A stretch of 64,000 nt of DNA, taken from a virus. This document shows positions 59,134-64,000 of the stretch, in pieces. The notes under the pieces are model-generated. The model made no database searches, was not told the origin of the DNA, and saw only the letters and a program-made list of their open reading frames with translations. Each line of letters opens with the position of its first letter. The first letter of the stretch is position 1. Made by a program: the position numbers and the translations under genes. The stretch lies in IMG/VR virus record IMGVR_UViG_3300021560_000014, positions 41,937 through 105,936 of that record; one strand, given 5' to 3'.

Positions 59134-59820
59134 CTATAATTCCTTCACGCCCTTGGGGGTGGCCACATGCCGGTGCGGATGATGATGCCGTTGTGGCTGT
59201 GGCTGGGCCGTCCGTGGTTCAGCCAACACCTTGCTGCATTGATCGGCAGTGGCGCTGACGAAGCCGGACGCCAGATAATGGGTGGCGTCAAACATCGCCA
59301 GGGTCTGTTCAGCTGAATCTCCGGCACTCTCCCTGGTCCAGGGGGTCTCCGCTAAGCGCTGCAGGTCTTTGGCCAGCGCATAAAATAACTCGGTGCTCTC
59401 CGGCGTGCAGATGGCTTTGAGCCGCCCTGCGACGTAATTCGACAGCACGGCTGCCGCGCCCGCCATCTCAGGGTCGGTACGCCGCGTGGTGGTGCTGTAG
59501 GAATCCAGCACGTTGCAGATGGTGTCAATCACCTGGTCGTGGTTCATGGCGGTTATCGTGTTGATTGCCTGCGCCCGCGCCTCTGGTGACACTGTCACCT
59601 CCTCATTGGGGTCGGGCGGTGCAGGCGTGGCCTCGGGTGTGGGTTGCGGTGCTGGTTGTCGCGCCGCCATATCAGCTTCAACCTGACTGGCGATTTCCTG
59701 CGCGGTCGGAATGTGCGGCAGATACACCGGTTGCGGTGGTGGCTGGCTGGAGCAGCCCGCGAGCAGCAGCGCGCCAGCGGTTGCTTGACGCCATAGGCGT
59801 CGGCGCGGTAGTCTCTTCAT
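59134..59820 (-). CDS. Lipoprotein
   Basis: MKRLPRRRLWRQATAGALLLAGC: Arg-rich n-region and LAGC lipobox, then a Pro-rich linker. Confidence 0.75.
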   Translation of the reverse strand: MKRLPRRRLWRQATAGALLLAGCSSQPPPQPVYLPHIPTAQEIASQVEADMAARQPAPQPTPEATPAPPDPNEEVTVSPEARAQAINTITAMNHDQVIDTICNVLDSYSTTTRRTDPEMAGAAAVLSNYVAGRLKAICTPESTELFYALAKDLQRLAETPWTRESAGDSAEQTLAMFDATHYLASGFVSATADQCSKVLAEPRTAQPQPQRHHHPHRHVATPKGVKEL

Positions 59821-60676
59821 GGTCGTAAACCTCGTTCCGGGTTGATGCGCGCCAGGGTCTAGCCACTCTGGCGCGCGCACTCATTAGATGCCCTCCATCC
59901 CGATATAGCCGTCGATCCTCCTGGCAGCCTGCGCGTGTACATCACACATCAGCTCGTGTACACGCGCCTCCCTATAGGCGAAATGCACGATCCAGCGTGC
60001 GGCCTTGCCGCAGCGACAGTGCAGCAGTCTGCGCCCTGCAAGCCACTTGCGCGCGTTCATCGCGAGACGCCCCACAGCTTGCGCTCGCGTGCGTTCAGAT
60101 AGTTGCGCCCGAAATGCCGGGCCGCCTGGGGGTGTCGGCTCCAGTCAGGGGCAAAGCCGCCCTTCTGTAGCCACCCGCGCAGCGCCTGACAGCTCTCGCG
60201 CACCTTCGCCGTGTCCTGGCTCACAATGCCAGCTGCAATGTTGGCTAATGCAATATCAGGGTCCATCTATTTGTCCTCCGGGGTGCGGGTGATGGCCTGG
60301 CCCAGCTGCTGGTAGCGCGCCCGTGTAGTCTTAATCCGTTTGGCAATGAACGCTTCGCGCTCAGCTTCACTCTTAAACAACTGGCGCGGCTGACTGGCGC
60401 CGTAAGACCGGCCATTGCGGGTGACTTGGCAGTTGACGGCCCAGTAGGTCACGTCCAGCTCGAAGCCCTCGGGCACGATGTACCAGCAGCCGATCCTGCC
60501 GCTCTCGCCCGCCTGGGGAGGGTTGCGGTAAGTCACGCGGTAGCGGCTGACGCGCAGGCCGATGGCGCGGCCTTTCTCGTCCAGCAGTCCCAGGTCAACC
60601 TGGCTGCTGTCGCGTCCGCTGTCGATGCAATCCTTGCAGTATCGTTGAGTGTCCATTAGCGTTACCTCCATCGCCC

Positions 60677-60718
60677 ACTATCCGCTTTTGCCAGCTGCAT
60701 GTCAATACAGCTGGCAAA
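60677..60718 (-). promoter_or_regulatory. Sigma70 promoter with inverted operators
   Basis: TTGACA-tgcagctggcaaaagcg-GATAGT; TTTGCCAGCTG inverted repeat around the -35. Confidence 0.75.
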
Positions 60719-62598
60719 TATTATTTGCGGGCGGTGCGCTTGATGCAGCCGCAGCCGACCAGCTCCATCTGCTGAAAGGTCAGCTCGCGCTGGTGGTCGG
60801 CCAGCGTGGCCATCACCGCGTGATTGATCTGTCGCTGGTAGTAGCCCGCCTTCACGACCAGCACCAGGTTCAGCAGCAGCACGACGAGAAGGACGATTTG
60901 CATTTTCATTTGCGTCCCAAATATGCCCGCACCAGTTCCATGGCCGGGCCATCGAATACCGATGCCAGCACCACCTTGCCGCCACTGTGGACGGTGCGCC
61001 GTGGGTCACTCCAACGTACCGCCGTCGGATAGGGGCTCGAATACTCGTGGTCCTCCGCGCCGTAGCGCAGGCAGACCTTCTGCACCCCTTCTGCGGGGTC
61101 GTGATATAGATACACATCCACCAGCAGGCCGCTGGTGGGGCTTACCGTGGTCCCCACAAAGCCGCCGTCGCCGAGGTGGCCGCAGCGGTCGGGATAGTGC
61201 GGTTCTTTCATTTGCTCTCCTCGAATTTGAGATACTGTCCGCGCTCGTCCTCGGCGTGGCTCAGATAGCCCTTGACCCGCTTGCCCTTCACCACGCGATA
61301 GCCGGGAATGGTCCAAAACGTATCCGAGATGCCCGCGTGGACGAGGCGCAACTCCCCGTCACACATGGCCAACGCCCTGCGGGTCATGCCGCCAGCTGGA
61401 TAGGCAAACTCCTCGCCCTCGATCCAGGTGCCGGAGCCGCACTCGACATTGACGATTTCAGCGCCCATATAGCGCCCGTGCCGTGGCTTTGCTGGTTTCA
61501 TCGGCTCAGCTCCTCCGACCATTTGAGACTCTTCAAATCCTCAGGCGTGGCCACGGTCAGCGCCTGCAACAGCTGTTTGCGGATGGCCCACAGCTCCGCC
61601 TTGGCCTTTAACCATGGCTCCTCGGGCAGATGCGGCAGCCCGCCCAGGGTGTGAGCAGCGACATCGACGCCGTCGAGCAGCACCAGGATATTGCGCGCGG
61701 CAGCTGTCAGCCCCACGCTCGCAGACGAGCCACAATCTCGATCCCGCTGCGCCTGCCACTGCGCACTGGTCACCCAGCGCTCACTGTAGCCGCCGTCCTT
61801 GTAATAGGTGACGATGATGTTCGGGTGCAGGGTGCTGGCCTTGACCTCGGTCACCTTGCGCGGCTTGGCCGGACGGTCGGTGATGCTCGCCTCATAATCC
61901 GGGCCATATGCCGCTTCCAGCTGCGTGGCCAGATACGCCTTGCGCAGCTCCCCAATGAATTCATCCACGCCAAAGCCGTGCTGGTCAGCATATTTCTGGG
62001 CATTCCTCGACGCCTCCAGCACTGCGTCGCCAGGGTTGCCCACGGCCTCCAGTTCGGTCGCGACCGCGAGTTTCACCGCCTGCTCCAGCGTAATCTCCGT
62101 CTGCGCCTCAATCGCTCGCTCATACGCCTCAATCGACGGTACGGCCTGGGCGATGGCTTCATGCTCAGCCTGCCTGACGCTTGCCGTTTCCTGCCCACCC
62201 TGACGCGCCCGCTGGGCCAGGATTGCGCCGACTGACGCGCTGCCCTGGCCGAATGCCTTACCTTCACTGACGCTTGCCGTTTCCTGCCCACCCTGGCGCG
62301 CCCGCTGAGCTTTCTTCTGCTCCTCGATCAGCCACGTGATATGGCCATAGTTCTTCTGAAGGTGTGGCACCCCGTACCCCTTGATGCCGTAGACAATCCC
62401 ATCCGCCTTGCGGACCATGTACATACCGGACCAGCTATCCGGGCCATTGTCCTGGTCGATGCAGATCCATTTCTGACGCTCTTTCACGCGTTTGGTGCAG
62501 CTGTAGCCGCAGCGCCCGCGCTCAGCAATCGCGTTGGCCTGCCACAGCCGGGCAAATTCCTCGCATTGCTCATATAGGTTGCTCATGACTCCCTCCTG

Positions 62599-62904
62599 TC
62601 AGCGGATAAATAGCCGGGCGGCTTCCAGTGCCGAGAACAGCGCAAACAGCATGACGCCCACCCGGATGGTCAGGTCTTTCACTGCCAAATCGATCTTGCC
62701 GTCGAGCAGCTCGATTTTGTGCTCCAGCTGGGTAGCAACGCCCCTGGTGGCGGCCTCCAGCCGGGCAATGTCGGCCCTGGTGGCCACGCTCTCGTGCAGC
62801 GCCGCGTCCATCGCCTCGGTATGCGCGCGGGCCTGGGGTTCGGGAATCCCGCCCCTGGTCAGGCGGTCGATATACGCCAGCTTGTCAAATAGCAGCTCAC
62901 TCAC
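62599..62904 (-). CDS. DUF1640/CCDC90-like coiled-coil membrane protein
   Basis: FDKLAYIDRLTRGGIPEPQARA...VATRADI...C-terminal hydrophobic helix. Confidence 0.75.
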   Translation of the reverse strand: MSELLFDKLAYIDRLTRGGIPEPQARAHTEAMDAALHESVATRADIARLEAATRGVATQLEHKIELLDGKIDLAVKDLTIRVGVMLFALFSALEAARLFIR

Positions 62905-63433
62905 TGGTCTTCCTCCGCTTCGCTGGTGCGTATTACACACACCGTGGTTAGCGCGCCGTGGTATCGATCATGGTCGTGGGCCTCGCGCTCGGCCTCGGCC
63001 TTGTCATCGGTGCAACACACGCAGGTGTCGCAGCGGTCGCAATAAACCTCATGCTGAGTCATCAGGCCGACCCCCGGAGACCTTCCGGAAACGTGAAGCA
63101 CTGCTCGCATTCCTGAAACACCGGGAAATGACAGGCGGCCACGGCCTTGTGCCGAAACACCTTGCCGCACTGCCCGCACTTGTGCTGGCAATCAGCGCAG
63201 TGGGCGAAGGCGGCCTTAAACCTGGCAAACCTGACCGGGCCGGTGCCCCTGCTTACCTGGGACATGGCGTCACCTCCTCGCCGCAATCGACGCAGCGAAA
63301 CGCGGACACAAACTGCTGATCGTTGCCGCAGCTGGGGCAGCCTTCAGGAAAGGTGATTTCCCTGGGCGGTGGCGGCGGCTGCTTGCTCGCGGACGAGCGC
63401 TGCACATCAAAGCCGAAGTCGTTCATAGCGCTC

Positions 63434-63483
63434 ATTATAAGCATGCAGCTGGCATATGTCAAGCAGCTATTACAGCTGGCAAA
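63434..63483 (-). promoter_or_regulatory. Consensus sigma70 promoter with operators
   Basis: TTGACA-tatgccagctgcatgct-TATAAT is a perfect consensus; second TTTGCCAGCTG upstream. Confidence 0.9.
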
Positions 63484-63509
63484 AAATAATGGCGGGCAGG
63501 GATGGGATT

Positions 63510-64000
63510 TCAGCGGCAGGGGAGGGTAATCCGGGATGGCGTGCTGATGGTGCGCTCGGGGCTCCAGCCTCTGGCCAGGCGCTGTACCAGAACAGCTGAG
63601 ACGGCATTGGCGCGCACACCTTTAATCTTGCAGCGTTCATCCCGCGCCCAGTCGGCCAGGATTTTGGTTTCTCCGAATGCCGTGATCCATCGGGTGCGCC
63701 TCGTGTTGCGCTGTTGCTGGTTGGCTGGAATCCAACGGCAGTTCGCCGGGCTGTAACCCTTGTCATTGTCGCGCCGCTCAATGGACAGGCCGGGCTGATA
63801 GCCGTGGCTCAGCGCCCAGCGCTCGAAAACATCGAAGTCGTTCCATGCCGCGCAAACCCGGATGCCGCGCCCGCCATAATCCTTATAATGCTCGACGTGC
63901 GGATTGTTGCAGCGCTTGCGCATAATGCGCCAGACGGAATAGAGCGGCTTGCGGATACGGGCGTCGGGTTTTTTACGCCGTGGGAAAATTCGGGTCTTGG
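63510..64000 (-). CDS. HNH-family homing endonuclease-like protein, 5'-truncated
   Basis: MRKRC.NP....YKDYGGRGIRVC..W..F..F..WA...GY...LSIERRDNDKGYSPANCRW....QQRN. Confidence 0.85.
   Translation of the reverse strand, partial: KTRIFPRRKKPDARIRKPLYSVWRIMRKRCNNPHVEHYKDYGGRGIRVCAAWNDFDVFERWALSHGYQPGLSIERRDNDKGYSPANCRWIPANQQQRNTRRTRWITAFGETKILADWARDERCKIKGVRANAVSAVLVQRLARGWSPERTISTPSRITLPCR

Larger units (their letters stand above)
566..62291. repeat. Dispersed about 22-bp motif (T)GCGG(T/C)(G/C)CCGTTTCCTGCCCAC, 24 copies
   Basis: Invariant 15-bp core CCGTTTCCTGCCCAC. + orientation near 566, 3089, 15956, 19321, 23380, 23665, 31511, 31991, 37258, 38539, 42433, 47058, 48836, 49743, 55874, 56079, 62177, 62270; reverse near 15903, 18022, 27971, 32459, 34822, 34924. 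Confidence 0.95.
59884..63426 (-). other. Cluster of small hypothetical early genes
   Basis: Packed minus-strand ORFs 60057-60266, 60267-60656, 60721-60909, 60906-61211, 61208-61501, 61498-62586, 62901-63062, 63062-63265, 63253-63426. Confidence 0.65.
1..64000. mobile_element. Tailed bacteriophage genome fragment (contractile tail, myovirus-like)
   Basis: Baseplate J-like and gp25-like genes, phage-type PolA, Sak4/SSB/Cas4-like module, dense small hypothetical genes with overlapping stop/start codons, no host housekeeping genes. Confidence 0.95.

Noticed and set aside
61479-61496. Self-targeting by unit 31317 (14/18 here) and by unit 31353 (13/18 near 20238-20255)
   Set aside because: With about 55 guides and 128 kb of both-strand sequence, 13-14/18 matches are expected by chance. 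I found no perfect self target, but only a subset of guides was checked by eye.
566-62291. The 15-bp motif as the target of one of the guides
   Set aside because: No spacer pair I parsed reconstructs GTGGGCAGGAAACGG; only short partial similarities were seen.
1-64000. tRNA/rRNA genes, integrase/att site, capsid/portal/TerL, endolysin
   Set aside because: None recognised by eye; they may lie outside the window. tRNAscan-SE was not run.

Overview
This is a 64-kb fragment of a GC-rich (by eye about 60-65%) tailed bacteriophage genome with a contractile-tail-type baseplate. Left arm, 1-18.0 kb (+): baseplate/tail genes plus three large Cys-rich fibre/spike-like proteins that each start with a Sec signal peptide. 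18.0-34.7 kb (-): DNA metabolism (Dam-type methyltransferase, DUF3987-like protein, UDG-fused family A polymerase, SSB/Sak4/Cas4-like trio, FtsK, RecD2). 35.8-39.8 kb (+): island of HTH regulators, a ParB-DUF4417 protein, a very basic protein and a TerS-like protein. 39.8-64 kb (-): early/accessory genes behind about 11 sigma70-type promoters that share a TTTGCCAGCTG operator-like element. Main result: eight dispersed arrays (about 55-58 units) of a 36-nt dual-repeat unit (GCGCGAGCC-N9-GCGAARCCC-N9 in RNA sense). Two of them directly flank a nuclease-less Nop/IS110-C-terminal-domain protein (45650-46642). This matches the TIGR-Tas (TasA-type) RNA-guided architecture, here apparently with one effector serving a guide library spread over 25 kb. 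Also seen: a 15-bp core motif CCGTTTCCTGCCCAC in 24 copies, mostly at gene junctions and in front of three arrays; an over-represented palindrome CGTGTACACG; a T3-like SAM lyase and a DarA_C-domain protein (anti-restriction candidates). I recognised no capsid, portal, large terminase, integrase, rRNA, tRNA or CRISPR-Cas. All counts and alignments were done by hand.
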